A stretch of 37,553 bases of DNA from Chiloscyllium plagiosum (lineage: Eukaryota), in contig NC_057719.1 of NCBI RefSeq assembly GCF_004010195.1, forward strand, positions 45,807,959 to 45,845,511, read 5' to 3'. Both the position numbers and the translations under genes were made by a program. Each line of letters starts with the position of its first letter. The first letter of the stretch is position 1. Of this stretch, positions 10,995 to 23,883 are shown one piece after another. The notes beneath the pieces are model-generated. The model saw only the letters and a list, made by a program, of their open reading frames with translations. It was not told where the DNA came from and did not search any database.

Positions 10995-12190
10995 AATGAC
11001 TAGCAGATGTTGGAAATCTGAAACAAAAACAGAAATTGTTGGGGAAACTCTGCCTGGCAGCAGCTGCAAAGAAGAAAACAAAAGTAATGTTTTAAGTCCA
11101 GTAACTCCTCCAAACTGAGAATAGCTGGGGAAGGGTAGTTTTATACTAATGATGGGGGTTGGGTGGGAGGCATGCATGGAGATAGTGCCCAGAAGGAGGC
11201 AAAGACAGCGATAGTTGAAAAGCTAAGAGAGAGAGAGATGCCAGGTAGGGGGCTAATAACAGATGTAAAATGTTGAAAGTAGGTGATCTATGCTGGGAAC
11301 AGGCCATGCTAAACCAAACCTAGGGGAGATAACCAGCATTGAGAGGGGTTGAAGAAGTTGGTGTGGCTGATGAGTTGAGGTTGTAGTGTTCGTGCTCTGA
11401 AGTTGTTCAATTCAGTGAGTCCTGAAGGTTCTAAGGTACCTAGATGGAACATGGAGATGTTCCTCCAGCTTGCGTTAAGCCTCACTGGCACACTACAGCA
11501 AGCCTGAGTCAAGTGCTGGCACAGAAATATTGCATCGTATTGAAGTAGCATGCAACTAGAACCTCAGCATCATTTTTATGGACAGAACATAGTGTTCTGC
11601 AAAGCAGTCACCCAGTCTGGGGTTTGCCTTGCCAGTGTAAAGGAGATCACACTGAGTACGAATATAGTTAATTAGACTGAATGAAGTGCAGCTCACTGAT
11701 TTGCTTCAACTGCAGAATGTGTCTGGGACCTTGGATAGGGAGGAGGTAAACTGAGAAGTGTTAAACCTTCTGCAATTGCATAAGAAGGTTCCATGTGGGT
11801 TTGGGGAGGTGTTAGGAGTAGAAGATGAGTTAACCGGCGTGCCCAGAGGGTACAGTCTCTATGGAATGCTGACTGGGGTTGAAAAGGAATATGTATCTGG
11901 AGGTGGTTGGAATGGTGGCTTATGATCCTTTGGATACTGATAGGGTGGAAAGTGAGGACCATGGGGACACTGTTGTTTTTGTGAGAGGGAAGGGAAGTGG
12001 TGGAGGCCCACTGTACTGGAGATGGGTCAGGCACAGTTGAGGGCCCTGTCATCTGTGGTTACCTCATTAAAGGGAAAAATTGAAATTGTTGAGGCACTCT
12101 CCCCTGTGGAAATTATCAGAACAGATGTGGTGGAGGCAAAGGAAATGGGAAAATGCAATGGAGTCCTTCAGGAAGCAGGGTATGGGGAGG
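10995..12190 (-). mobile_element. Decayed Penelope-like retroelement (linker/GIY-YIG region plus terminal repeat)
   Basis: Minus-strand peptides VPMVLTFHPISIQRIISHH, SAFHRDCTL and FHLGTLEPSGLTELNNFR match the Penelope motifs PLVLTYHP, AFRR..SL and L.TL.P.GLN. The terminal repeat lies at about 10995-11110. Confidence 0.85.
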
Positions 12191-12296
12191 TACAGGATTT
12201 TAAATTAAGATTTTTTTCCCAGTTAACTTGCTCAGGAATGTGTTCATTTCAATTGGCTTGCTATTGTATTAAGCTGCATTAACATTTGCTTTACAG

Positions 12297-12422
12297 GCAG
12301 ATGTTGAAAAAGTCAGTGACCAAGCTTATGTGGCATTTGGAATCATTCTTTTCCTTTGGGAGCTGTTGCCTACAAGTTTGGTGGTATTTTTTTTCAGGGT
12401 GCAGAGACCAAATCAAAATCTG
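12297..12422 (+). CDS. gpr137c: GPR137C-like protein, coding exon (126 nt, last transmembrane segment)
   Basis: ctttacag|GCA...AATCTG|gtaagt. Reads ADVEKVSDQAYVAFGIILFLWELLPTSLVVFFFRVQRPNQNL; phase 0/0. Confidence 0.95.
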
Positions 12423-12450
12423 GTAAGTAACTGTTTATACTGTATGTGGT

Positions 12451-12590
12451 TAAAAATCACACAACATCAGTTTATAGTCCAACAGGTTTATCTGGAAGCA
12501 CTTTGTCCACACTGGCTCCTCCAGATCATGTTTATATATAGTAGCAGAAGTTTCTCATCGATCTACTATATGCTGCATGTTGTGATTTTT
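12451..12590. mobile_element. Decayed relative of the 3631-3793 element
   Basis: aaaaatcacacaacatcagtttatagtccaacaggtttatctggaagcac ... gttgtgattttt; the hammerhead core is absent. Confidence 0.7.
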
Positions 12591-14342
12591 GTCAATGTAA
12601 TGCTCAAAAACTTTAATGTTCTTATCTGTTCAGTGGAAGGAAGTACTATGAACAGGAATATCAAAATAGTTGTATACCATTTAGCTTCTAAAGCCTGTTC
12701 TGCCATCATGTTCCTCAACACTGTTTAACTGCTTTGTTCCATATTCCTAGATGTCCTTCCCAAACAGGAAAATACGAAGCTCCGTCTAGAAAGGTCCTGA
12801 GCACTTAGTACAGTAATCCTTCATTTATCAATGTTGAGTTATTTTAATCAGCTGCTACTTGTGTTACTGCTCAGTCACTCCTTTGATCTATCAGTACATT
12901 TGTTATAATTGATATCCTGAGTTACTTGTTTTTTTAGTCCTTGACGTAATTGTGATATTTTGAATATTCCAATTTAACATCACATTTTTTTCAAAGAAGT
13001 GTTTTGTAAAATTATAATTAGTGGATTTGAATCACCTCATTTAACTTATCACGAGATAGAAAACCATTAAGTGCTAGCAATTTGCTCTTTTTCCAGTTAC
13101 TTTAATCATTGTCACATTTCTCAAATTCATTATTATATTTTTGACTGTTTTACATCCTCTTGTACTGAGAATATTTAGCCCTCTTCCATGTTCAAGGACT
13201 AAAAGTATTCATTTAAGTTGCCATTCATTTACCTTTCATTTTCTAATATTCTCCTTATCACTTCCAAAATATATTTTTGCTACTAACTTTGATATCCCTT
13301 CTTAGTTTTATTTAATGCTTTCTTTTGACCTAATTCTTTGTCTTTTTTCCTTGATCTTTATCTGCTGGATTTCCATTTTTAAACTTTTGTAACTTTTTTG
13401 AAGTTTAATAATACCGCATAGCTCATTTATTGATCATAGTTTCTAATTACCCAAGTGCCTTTTAGGAGAATGCACTGATATTGATTTGCATCAAAAGTTA
13501 CTTTGTTTTCCTTTCCTGGGAAATATTTAATGTTTTCACTGAGTTTAATGTAATTGATGTTTTATGGCCCTTTTGAAGTCTGCCTTCCTGAAGTTTTGAA
13601 ATCATTCTTTTCCAAATCTAAAGCCTACTTAGATTTATATAATGATCACGGCTTGCAAGAGTTTCATTCCAGCATCTAACTGGTTAAATCTTTTCCTACT
13701 GTCTGATATCTCTTTGTGAATCATGTATTTATCCCAGGATTAGTAGCAGTGGTCCAACTGAACAACAATTTAGGTTGCAAAGAAACATTTCCAGTCTCTC
13801 AGGAAGCTGGTGAATACAGCTTTTGAAGGCAAAATTTAGCAATCTCCAGAAGTTTGTCACTCATTATTGATACTCTTGGCAAAGTTGCCTGTACTTTGAT
13901 TATGTTTGAGGAATTTTAAAATACATTATCTTGCTCTTATTATAAGCATGTCAACAGTTTTGCCTCAAGTCCCAGATATTGTTTCTGGTAACTATTTACG
14001 AACATGCTGGACTTGTAAATTTTGTTTAAAATTATGTCATTGTTTGGTCATAAACCAAACCAACGTTACTCACTTTTCTTCTGATACCACAATATTCCAT
14101 TCAGATGATGGAAAAGCAAATCTGCTTATTTTAGTGGATGTGCTGCTGGATTTTTTTTTAAAGTGACTTTATTTGTTTGCACTCTGGGTGTCAATGGGAA
14201 ATCCAGATTTTGTCAATCCCTAATTGCCATGGAAAAGATAGTAAAGTAAGTTTGAAATGCTCACATTTTATTCTTTAAAAGTAATTTTTATATGGTGCTA
14301 ACTGTCAGCATTTCTTTTATTCTGGCTGTTCATGTAAACTTC

Positions 14343-14685
14343 AGGTAGCACGGTGCTTAGTGGTTACCACTGCTGTCTCAGTGCCAAGCACCTGGGTTCA
14401 ATTCCACCCTCCAGAAACCGTCTGTGTGACGTTTGCACATTATCCATGTGTCCGCAGGGGTTTCTCCAGGTTTCACCCAGTTTCCTCCCACAGTCCAAAG
14501 ATGTGCACATTAGGTAGATTGGCTGTGCTAAATTATCAGTAGTGTCCAGGGATGTGCAGGCTGGGTAGAATAGCATTTGGAAATATAGGGTGGAGGGGGT
14601 GGGTTTGGGTGGAATGCTCTTTGGATGATTGGTGTGGGCTCGATGGGTCAAATGGCCTGCTTCCGCACTGTAGGGATTCTATGAT
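14343..14685 (+). mobile_element. HE1-like tRNA-derived V-SINE
   Basis: Head ggtagcacggtgcttagtggttaccactgctg, B box ggttcaattcc, V-domain cagtttcctcccacagtccaaagatgtgca, and tail ggcctgcttccgcactgtagggattctatga. Confidence 0.9.
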
Positions 14686-14741
14686 TTAATTGACCTGAAT
14701 TCAATTAAACTGCTGTAACTTTATATGAAAATCTTTTGCAG

Positions 14742-14866
14742 GGATCTGGTGGAATGATCAACAGTCACAGTTTCAGTTCCAGGGCATACTTTTTCGATAA
14801 TCCAAGACGCTATGATAGTGATGATGATTTAAGTAGAAGCAGTGGCTCTAGAGGGGAGAGAGGAAG
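14742..14866 (+). CDS. gpr137c: GPR137C-like protein, coding exon (125 nt, cytosolic tail)
   Basis: cttttgcag|GGA...GGAAG|gtgggt. Reads [41 protein letters not shown](S) and contains the family motif [15 protein letters not shown]. Confidence 0.93.
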
Positions 14867-15666
14867 GTGGGTAATATTATTTTCTGGCGATGGTGATCTC
14901 CATTTTGTTTACTATATGACACTAATGAAAGTAGTAGCCTTGACAAAGAATATTCTTGAAGTTTTCGCATTTGTAATCATTTGGCAAAGTATTTCATAGC
15001 CAGCAATTTACTCTCTCATAGTTTCTTCATCCACAAAAAAATAAGGAAATTCCCTAGTAGTACCACCTTTTGAGCCATGTGGCTTCATCTAACTGTCGTC
15101 ACATTCCTGTAAAGTTTCCTTGACTCCAGTTCAGAGAATGTCTGGGAAGAATTTTGTCGCTCACTGAACTAGTGTGATTGGAGACTGACAGAACTAGTGC
15201 ATGCAAAATATTTTCCCTCGCCTATCTTTCCCAACCCATCAATCACAAGTGTCATTCTTAAGATTAAGGTAATAAACTAGTTTGAGGAAATGCCTTTTTT
15301 TAACTTCAGGGTGTACATGTTGCTTTGACAATTCTTATTCAAAATTTACAGTTCGGAGCAATATACAATAACTTTCTACATGTATCAGTCAACAAAATTA
15401 CTCTTACTGAATCTTAAGTATTTTGGCTGTGTATATCAAGACCATTCCTGGGCTATCTGTTGTATTGAGCTGATTCTCAGCAGCAACAATTTCATAAGCA
15501 CCATGGCTTGCCACATTGTTTCACATGGTAGACTTCCTTTCATTTCTGGCTAATTAACTTTTTGATTGAAATGTTTATAATATTAAGTATGAAGTAAATA
15601 CTGAGAATATTTTCAAAGCTAATTTAAATTATTTAAGATATGACATTTGAGAGTTCTGTGATGCTG

Positions 15667-16703
15667 TCATAAAGTCATAGAGTCATAGAGGTGTACAGCA
15701 TGGAAACAGACCCTTCGGTCCAACCCGTCCATGCTGACCAGATATCCCAACCCAATCTAGTCCCACCTGCCAGCACTTGGCCCATATCCCTCCTATTCAT
15801 ATACCCATCCAGATGCCTTTTAAATGTTGCAATTGTACCAGCCTCCACCACATCCTCTGGCAACTCATTCCATACACGTACCACCCTCATCGTGAAAAGT
15901 TGCCCTTGAGGTCTCTTTTATAGCTTTCCACTCTCCCCCTAAACCTATGCCCTCTAGTTCTGGACTCCCCGACCCCAGGGAAAAGACTTTGCCTATTTAT
16001 CCTATCCCTCATAATTTTGTAAACCTCTATAAGGTCACCCCTCAGCCTCCGATGCTCCAGGGAAAACAGCCCCAGCCTGTTCAGCCTCTCCCTGTAGCTC
16101 AGATCCTCCGACCCTGGCAACATCCTTGTAAATCTTTTCTGAACCCTTTCAAGTNNNNNNNNNNNNNNNNNNNNNNNNNNNNNNNNNNNNNNNNNNNNNN
16201 NNNNNNNNNNNNNNNNNNNNNNNNNNNNNNNNNNNNNNNNNNNNNNNNNNNNNNNNNNNNNNNNNNNNNNNNNNNNNNNNNNNNNNNNNNNNNNNNNNNN
16301 NNAGATCCTGTTGTAATCTGAGGTAACCCTCTTCGCTGTCCACTACACCTCCAATTTTGGTGTCATCTGCAAACTTACTAACTGTACCTCTTATGCTCGC
16401 ATCCAAATCATTTATATAAATGACAAAAAGATAAGACAAAAATGCACCAATGCTTGTGGCACTCCACTGGTCACAGGCCTCCAGTCTGAAAACAACCCTC
16501 CACCACCACCCTCTGTCTTCTACCTTTGAGCCAGTTCTGTATCTAAATAGCTAGTTCTCCCTGTATTCCCTGAGATCTAACCTTGCTAATCAGTCTCCCA
16601 TGGGGAACCTTGTCGAGCGCCTTACTGAAGTCCATATAGATCACATCTACTGCTCTACCCTCATCAATCTTCTTTGTTACTTCATCAAAAAACTCAATCA
16701 AGT
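15667..16703 (-). mobile_element. HER1/CR1-type LINE 3' part, spanning an assembly gap
   Basis: Peptides [54 protein letters not shown] and RVVRVWNELP, with a GACTCTAT-type tail. Confidence 0.95.
16155..16302. other. Assembly gap (148 N)
   Basis: Run of N. Confidence 1.
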
Positions 16704-18824
16704 CCTGATGGTCTTGGTCAATTGTCACCCAAGTTGATCATGTAATGAGGTAATACTGACAGTGCTCAATAAAATTCCGTTAAATCTAACTGGGGAAAAA
16801 AAAGCAGCTGAGATTTAATGTGTCGGCTGAAACTTCCAACAAGGAGCTACAAAAAGTTGTTCTTTAAAGCTGCAGTTGCATTCCTGAAATGTATACCTTT
16901 TAAGTAATAACTTCAAACAAATCAGATTTTCCCATTGCATCCAATAAGTTCTGACAAGATTTGCCCATCAGAAAGAAGTTTCAATGTTATATCCTGTTAG
17001 CTGACATACTGTACAGTCTTGAATTTGTACATATTTATAGTAGGAAAGAGAGCCTGTCTTTTTAAATTTATATTTTTAAAACACAATAACTTGCTTCTGT
17101 CTCACTGACTCCCCCTCACTCACTGCTTTGCCTCCCAAGCCTTTGCTATGAGTGAGGGCTTAAGAGTTGGTGTTGAGAGGGAGAAAGTGAATGATGGAAG
17201 CTGCAAGTGGAAAGGGAAGTCAGAAAGGGAAATAGCAATCTGAAGGTGAGTCTCAATGAATGGGAGAGGATTGTCCAAACTGGTCTGATCAGGTCATATA
17301 CAAAATGACACTAAAGCAAATGTCCTAGCTCAAAGTTCACATACCAAATCTGATATATTCACAGCCCTAAAGCAAAATCAGGGCTGAACGAGCCAACTTT
17401 AAACAGGACTTGCTGTAAAAGAAATCCATTTTTCAGTCCTTTGATGCATAATCTAAGGTGATGCAGTTCTACTTGCAAGATCTTCCAGTAGGATATTGTC
17501 AATCACACCAAATCTAGCTCAAACAAAAGGATAACTCCTGCAATAGTTAACAAGTGAATAGGTATACAGCAAATTCATTGGTTAAACATTGACTTTTTCT
17601 GGAGCATAATGTAGGCTGAAATTGATACAAAGAAAATATTGGCCCTGCACAGGGAGAAGATAAGTAAATTTAACTGACACATAAATAGGATTGTTGGATA
17701 TTCCCGTGATCTCCATTTTCCCAAACTCTTACTGTGATGCCCAAGTCTCATTTGGACATGTGTTCTCCATGTGCCATTGCATTTTTGTCTTCTATGTCGT
17801 GATAAATTAACAAAAATACTCCGGGGGAGGAGGGGGGGGAGATAAATCAAAGGGGTTTTGTTGTGCTTGGTCTGGGGAATGATCTTTAATTCAAATTTTT
17901 TGATCTTTCTGTTATATTGACAGAAATTAATGTGGGAAGTGAGTTAGCAGAACCTTGTTCATTTCTGTCCCATTATTAATTTTCAATTGATCAATGCATC
18001 AAAATACTGGTTATCTTTGGTATTTATGCTCTGTTTATCTCTGACAGGAAAAGAACTACATTTAAGACTGAAATAATAGACACTTGTAGTGAAATTAATT
18101 ATTTATTCACGCAGGGGGATATGGGCTCTGCTGACTAAACCAGCATTTATTGCCCATCTCCAATAGTCCTTGAAGGTGGTGAGGGGCTGCCATTTTGAAC
18201 TGCTGCTGTCCATTTGGTGGACGTAAACATAGTGCTGTTAGGGAGAGACTTCCAGAATTGTGACCTAGTCAAACTGAAGGAACAGTGATATATTTCCAAG
18301 TCAGGATAGTGATTGGCTTTGATAGGTACTTTCAAATGGTGTGGTGTTCTTATGTGTCTGCTGCCATTGTCCTTCTGGATGGTAGTGATTGAATTTAGAA
18401 AATGTATCTTAGGAGCTTTGGTGAATTTCTGCAATGCATCTTGTAGATGGTGCATGCTCCTCCTAAGTATCACTGGTAGCAGGAGTGGATATGGTACATT
18501 TTGGTATGGTGGTGGTAAGCTTTTCAGTATTGTTTGAGCTATACTCATTTAGATAGTTGAGTATTCCATCGTGTTCCTGAATTGTCTTGTAGATGGTAGA
18601 CATGTTCTGCAGAGCCCAGAAGATAATTATTTGCTGCAGGATTGCTCTCAACTTTTACAGCTGGGCCAATTCAATTTCTGGTCAATAATAATCTGCAGGA
18701 TGTTGACAGTGGGGGATTCAGTGATGGTATTGTCATTGAATTTCAAGAGACAATAGTTACATTCTTTCCTCTGAAGATTGTCATTGTCTAGTACTTGTTT
18801 TGCATGAATGTTACTTGCCACTTA

Positions 18825-19378
18825 GAATTATAGAGTCATAGAACCATACAGCATGGAAACAGACTCTTTGGTCTAACTCATCCATGCCGACTGGATAGCC
18901 TAAATAAATTTTATCCCATTTGCCAGCATTTGATTCATGTCCCTCTAAACCTTTCCTATTCAAGTACCCATCCAGATGCCTTTTAAATTTCATAATTGTA
19001 CCACTCTCCTCCACTTCCTCAGGCAGCTCATTCCATACGCACACCACCCTCTGCATGAAAACGTTGCCCCTTGGGTCCCTTTTAAATTTTTCTCCTCTCA
19101 CCTTCAATCTATGTTCTCTAGCTTTTGACTCTCCTATCCTTTGCCTTTTCACCCTAACTATGCCTCTATTATAAAATCTGATTTTATAAACTTTTATAAA
19201 GTCACCCCTCGGACTCAGACACTCCAGGGAAAATAACCCCAGCCTATTTAGCCCCTCCCTCTAGCTCAAACCCTCCAACCTTGGTAACATCCTTGTAAAT
19301 CTTTTCTGAACCCTTTCAAGTTTCACAGCATCCTTCCTGCATCAGGGAGACCAGAATTGAATGCAGCATTCCAAAAGT
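18825..19378 (-). mobile_element. HER1/CR1-type LINE 3' fragment nested in the older LINE
   Basis: Peptide HRLKVRGEKFKRDPRGNVFMQRVVCVWNELPEEV; tail similar to the copy at 15667. Confidence 0.92.
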
Positions 19379-20296
19379 ATCTGCCCAATCCTGGATATTG
19401 TTCAGTTAATACTGGATTTGGTCGTGAGCTACCTTAGTGTGTGAGACATTGCTAATCGTGCACAACATTGTTTTTAGTCATCAGCAGGTATTCCCACTCC
19501 TGATGTTATGGTTCAGGGAAAATTATTGAAGCTGCTGAAAATGGTTAGGCCTGGACAGTATATTGAGGAACTTCTGCAGAGATGTCCTGGAGCTGAAATG
19601 ACTGAACTCCACAAACCATAACCATCTTCATTTTAGACTAGGTCCGAATCGAGTGAGTGGAAAGTTCTCCAGGATGCTCATTAACCAGTTTATCTATGGC
19701 TCCTTGGTGCCGTACTCATGTGCAAAACTGATGTCATGTGAGTCATACTCTCCAAATATTGGGAGTTCACATTTGAGATAATACCAGAATGAGCTCGCAA
19801 GCTGAGTGACCTTGGTAGAACCCAATAAAGTGTAAATGTGAGCAGATTATTGTAAGACAAGTGTTCATTGATGACACTGATGACCCTTTCCATTACTTTA
19901 CTGATAATCGAGAGTAGAATGATGGGTGGTAATTGCCGAGTTGGATTATCCTGTCTTTTACATACAGTATTTTACCCAGGTAATTTTCTACATTGTCAGA
20001 TACATATCAGTGTTGTGGCTGTACTGGAACAGCTTGGCCAAACGGAGTGGCAAATTCTGTGGCACATATCTTCAGTGCTATTGCTGGAATACAATCAGAT
20101 CCCAGAGAACTTTGGGATGTCCACTGAATACAGCCATTCCTTAATAATATGTGCTGTGAATCAAATTAGCTGAAGGCAGGCATCTGATGTTGGAGATCTT
20201 TTTGGAAGCTAAGATGGCACATCCACTGGGCACTTCTGGCTGAAGATTGTTGCAAATGCTTCAGCTTTATCTTTTACACTATGCTAGGCTCCTCCA

Positions 20297-22629
20297 ATTG
20301 ACTGGAAATGCTATAGCTCTAGTACGTCAGATGGATCAGGTTTTGTCCAATTTGTCAGGGTTTCCTGACACAGTATGTTGAAGGGCTGACAGGAGGAGAG
20401 GCCACACTGGATGTGGTGCTTGGTAATGAAACAGGCCAGGTGTTTGACTTGGTTGTAGTGAGCACTTTGGAGAGAGTGACCGTAATTCAGTTACGTTTAG
20501 TTTAGCGATGCAAAAGGATAGGTACATGCCACAGGTCAAGAGTTATCGATGGGGCAAGGGCAATTATAATGCGATTAGGCAAGAATTAGGATGCATAGAA
20601 TGGGGGTAGCAAAATGCAGGGGATGCAGACAATGGAAATGTGGAGCTTGATATGTATTGCGTGTCCTTGATAGGTATGTCCCTGTCAGGCAGGGAGAAAG
20701 TGATAAGGTAAGGGAACTGTGATTTACAACAGAAATTGCATCTCTTGTTACGAAGAAGGAGGCTTATGTGCTGATGAGGCAAGATTGTTCAGATGAGGCG
20801 ATGGAGAATTACAGATCAGCTAGGAAGGATTTAAAGAGTTAAGAAGAGCAAACAGAGGACACTAGCAGTCTTTAGCAAATAGAATAAAGGAGAACCCTAA
20901 AGCTTTCTATAGGTATGTGAGGAATAAAAGGATGACTAGGGTAGGAATAGGGCCAGTCAAAGACAGAAGTGGGAAGTTGAGTGTGGACCCTGTGGAGATC
21001 GGAGAGGTGCTAAACAAATATTTCTCATCGGTTTTCACTCCGGAAAAGGAGAATATTGTAGAGGAGAAGAATGAGGTACGATATTGTACTAGAAAGGATC
21101 GAGGTTAGTTACAAACAGGTGTTATCAATTCTAGAAGGAGTGAAATTAGATATGTCCCCTGGGCCAGATGGGATTTATCTGAGGATTCTCCGGGAAGCTA
21201 GGGAGGAGACAGCAGAGCGTTTGGCTTTGATATTTGAGTCATCATTGTCTACAGGTTTGGTATCAGAGGACTAGAGGATTGCAAATGTTGTGCCCTTGTT
21301 CAAGAAGGGCAGCAGAGATAATTATAGACCAGTGAGCCTTACTTCTGTTGTAGGAAAGGTTTTGGAAAGAATTATAAGAGATAAGATTTATAATCATCTA
21401 GCAAGCAACAATTTGATTTCAGATAGTCAACATGGTTTCGTCAAGGGCAGGTCCTGTCTCTCAATCCTCAGATTTTGAGAAGGAGAACAAGCATGTAGCT
21501 GAGGGTAGGGCCGTTGATGTGGTAAACATGGACTTTAGTAAAGCGTTTGATAAGGTTCCACATGGTAGGCTGTTTGAGAAAATGCAGAGGCATGGAATTG
21601 AGGGTGATTTAGCAGTTTGGATTAGAAACTGGCTTTCTGAAAGAAGGCACCGTGTGGTGGTTGATGGAAAATATTCAGCCTGGTGTCCGGTTACTAGTGG
21701 TGTGCCACAAGGATCTGTTTTGGGACCACTGCTGTTTGTCATTTTTATAAATGACTTGGACGCAGATGTAGGTGGATAGATTAGTAAATTTGCAGATGAC
21801 ACTAAAGTCAGTGGAGTAGTGGACAGTGTGGAAAAATGTTACAGGTTGTTAGGGGGACTTGGATAAACTGCAGAATTGGGCTGAGAGGTGGCAAATGGAG
21901 TTCAATGCAGCTAAATGTGAGGTGTTGCACTTTGGGAAGAATAACAGGAAGGCAGAGTACTGGATCGATGGGAAGATTCTTGGTAGTGTGGGTGTGCAGA
22001 GGGATCTTGGAGTCCATGTACGTGCATCCCTGAAAGTTGCCACCCAGGTGGATACTGCTATTAAGGCATTCGGTGTGTTACGTTTCATTCGTAGAGGGAT
22101 TGAGTTCCGGAGCCGCAATATCATGCTGCAAATATACAAAACGCTGGTGCGGCCCCACTTGGAATATTGTGTACAGTTCTGGTCCCCATATTTCGGGAAG
22201 GATGTGGAAGCATTGGAAACGTGCAAAGGAGATTTACCAGGATGTTGCCTGGTCTGGTCTTGTGAGGAAAGGCTGAGAGACTTGGGTCTGTTGTCATTGG
22301 AAAGAAGCAGGCGAAGAGGGAATTTGATAGAGACCCACAAGATGATCAGAGGATTAGATAGAGTACGAGGGGGTATAACTACAAATTGAGTGAAAGATTT
22401 AAGACAAATATCAGAAACAGGTTCTTTACGCAGAGTGTGGTAAGGGTGTGGAATGCCCTACCTACCAATGTAGTCAACTTAGCCGCATTAGGGAGATTTA
22501 AATAATCCTTAGATAAGCATATGGATGATTTTGGGATAGTGTAGGGGGACGGGCTGAGAACAGTTCACAGATCAGTGCAACATTTAGGGCCAAAGGGCCT
22601 GTTCTGCGCTGTATTGTTCTATGTTCTAT
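20297..22629 (+). mobile_element. 2.3-kb 5'-truncated CR1 LINE (end of endonuclease plus RT), frameshifted
   Basis: IDW..., [81 protein letters not shown] and LVRPHLEYCVQFWSP, ending in a TGTTCTA-type tail. Confidence 0.97.
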
Positions 22630-23883
22630 TGCAAATAGGAATATTTGTGGAAGCTTCCCTGGAGTGAGTTGTTTAATTGTCCACCATCATTGAAAACTGA
22701 ATGTCGCAGAACTGCAGAGCTGAGATATGATCCATTGGTTGGGAATCTCTTTGCACTGTCTATCCCTTTCTGCGTATGTGGTTTGGCATGCAAGTAGTCC
22801 TGTGCTGTAGCTTCACCAGGGTTTGAGACCTCGTTTTTAGGAATGCCTTCACTGAATGAAGGTTGATCCTCTGGCTTGATGGTAATGATTGAGCGAGGAA
22901 TATGCTGGTCCATGAGGTTGCAGATTGTGCTGGAGTACAATCCTGCTGCTGCTTCTGATGGCCCACATTGCCTCATGGGTGCTCACTCTTTAGTTGATCA
23001 GTTTGAAGTCAATGCTATTCATCATCGTGCTGTACAACAGATGTCCTCAGTATGAAGATGGATCTTTGTCTCCACAAGGGCTATATAATGGTCATTCTTA
23101 CTGATGGTCATGAACAGATGTTCCCACAAGTGGCCTGAACTATCCAGGAACTCTCCTCTATTTGTAGACATGGCTGTGGTCAGTATTAAGCTTCGTGATG
23201 CTCAGGTAAGGTAGTTGGCGTATCACAGCAGGCATTAGAAATTTCAAGGGATATCGATCATACAATACCCACAACTGTTAATTTAGAAACTCAGCATGAA
23301 CTGAGACATGAAATGGAATTGTGGTGTATGCTTGCTTTTTCTCCTTTATTACAACTGGACTGTATTTCACAACCCGTAACAAGATTACTGCTTGTTTCAT
23401 CCTAAATTTTCTTGCGCTGTATCTAAATCCCATCTGTGGTGGAGGCCATGCATCTTTCATTTTATCCAGTACTTGAATTCTGACAACAAAGCTCTCAGTA
23501 AATGTGTGATAGCCCTTGACAGTGCATGATTAAGGTAAGATCCTTGTCCCATCAATTTCTAAATTATGGTGCTCTGTTACCTCTTGAGCAACATACCCGA
23601 AGCAGCAGAGATGTCTGTCTCCAACTTGAGATTCCCTGACATGAGCTATTGATCCTGCTTGCACTGAAAAGTTGTTGAAGATTCCCCAATCGGGGTACAA
23701 AGAAAAAATATCATTATGTTGTAACAGCATTGTCAGATGCTTGGGAGCAGGTTGGCTACCTACCTATTTGTATTATTTGGGGAAGGAATAAAGTTAAAGA
23801 TGAAAATGTTAACGTCTAAAATTAAGTTTTCCTTTTATTTAAACTGAAAATCCCTTTTTGCTTTCTTCCTACTATTTTTAAAG

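Larger units (their letters stand above)
18105..23130 (-). mobile_element. Old CR1/L2-group LINE, same family as 4270-5462, in three pieces (about 18105-18824, 19379-20300 and 22630-23130)
   Basis: 3' end ccagcatttattgcccatctc at about 18140. The sequence reads on across both insertions (gttacttgccactta...tctgcccaatcctggatattg; ggctcctccaattg...caaataggaatatttgtgg). Peptide ICNLMDQHIPRSIITIKPEDQP at about 22900. Confidence 0.8.

Noticed and set aside
21859..22389. Longest ORFs in the track as functional genes
   Set aside because: They are fragments of a frameshifted, 5'-truncated CR1 ORF2 and their antisense shadows.
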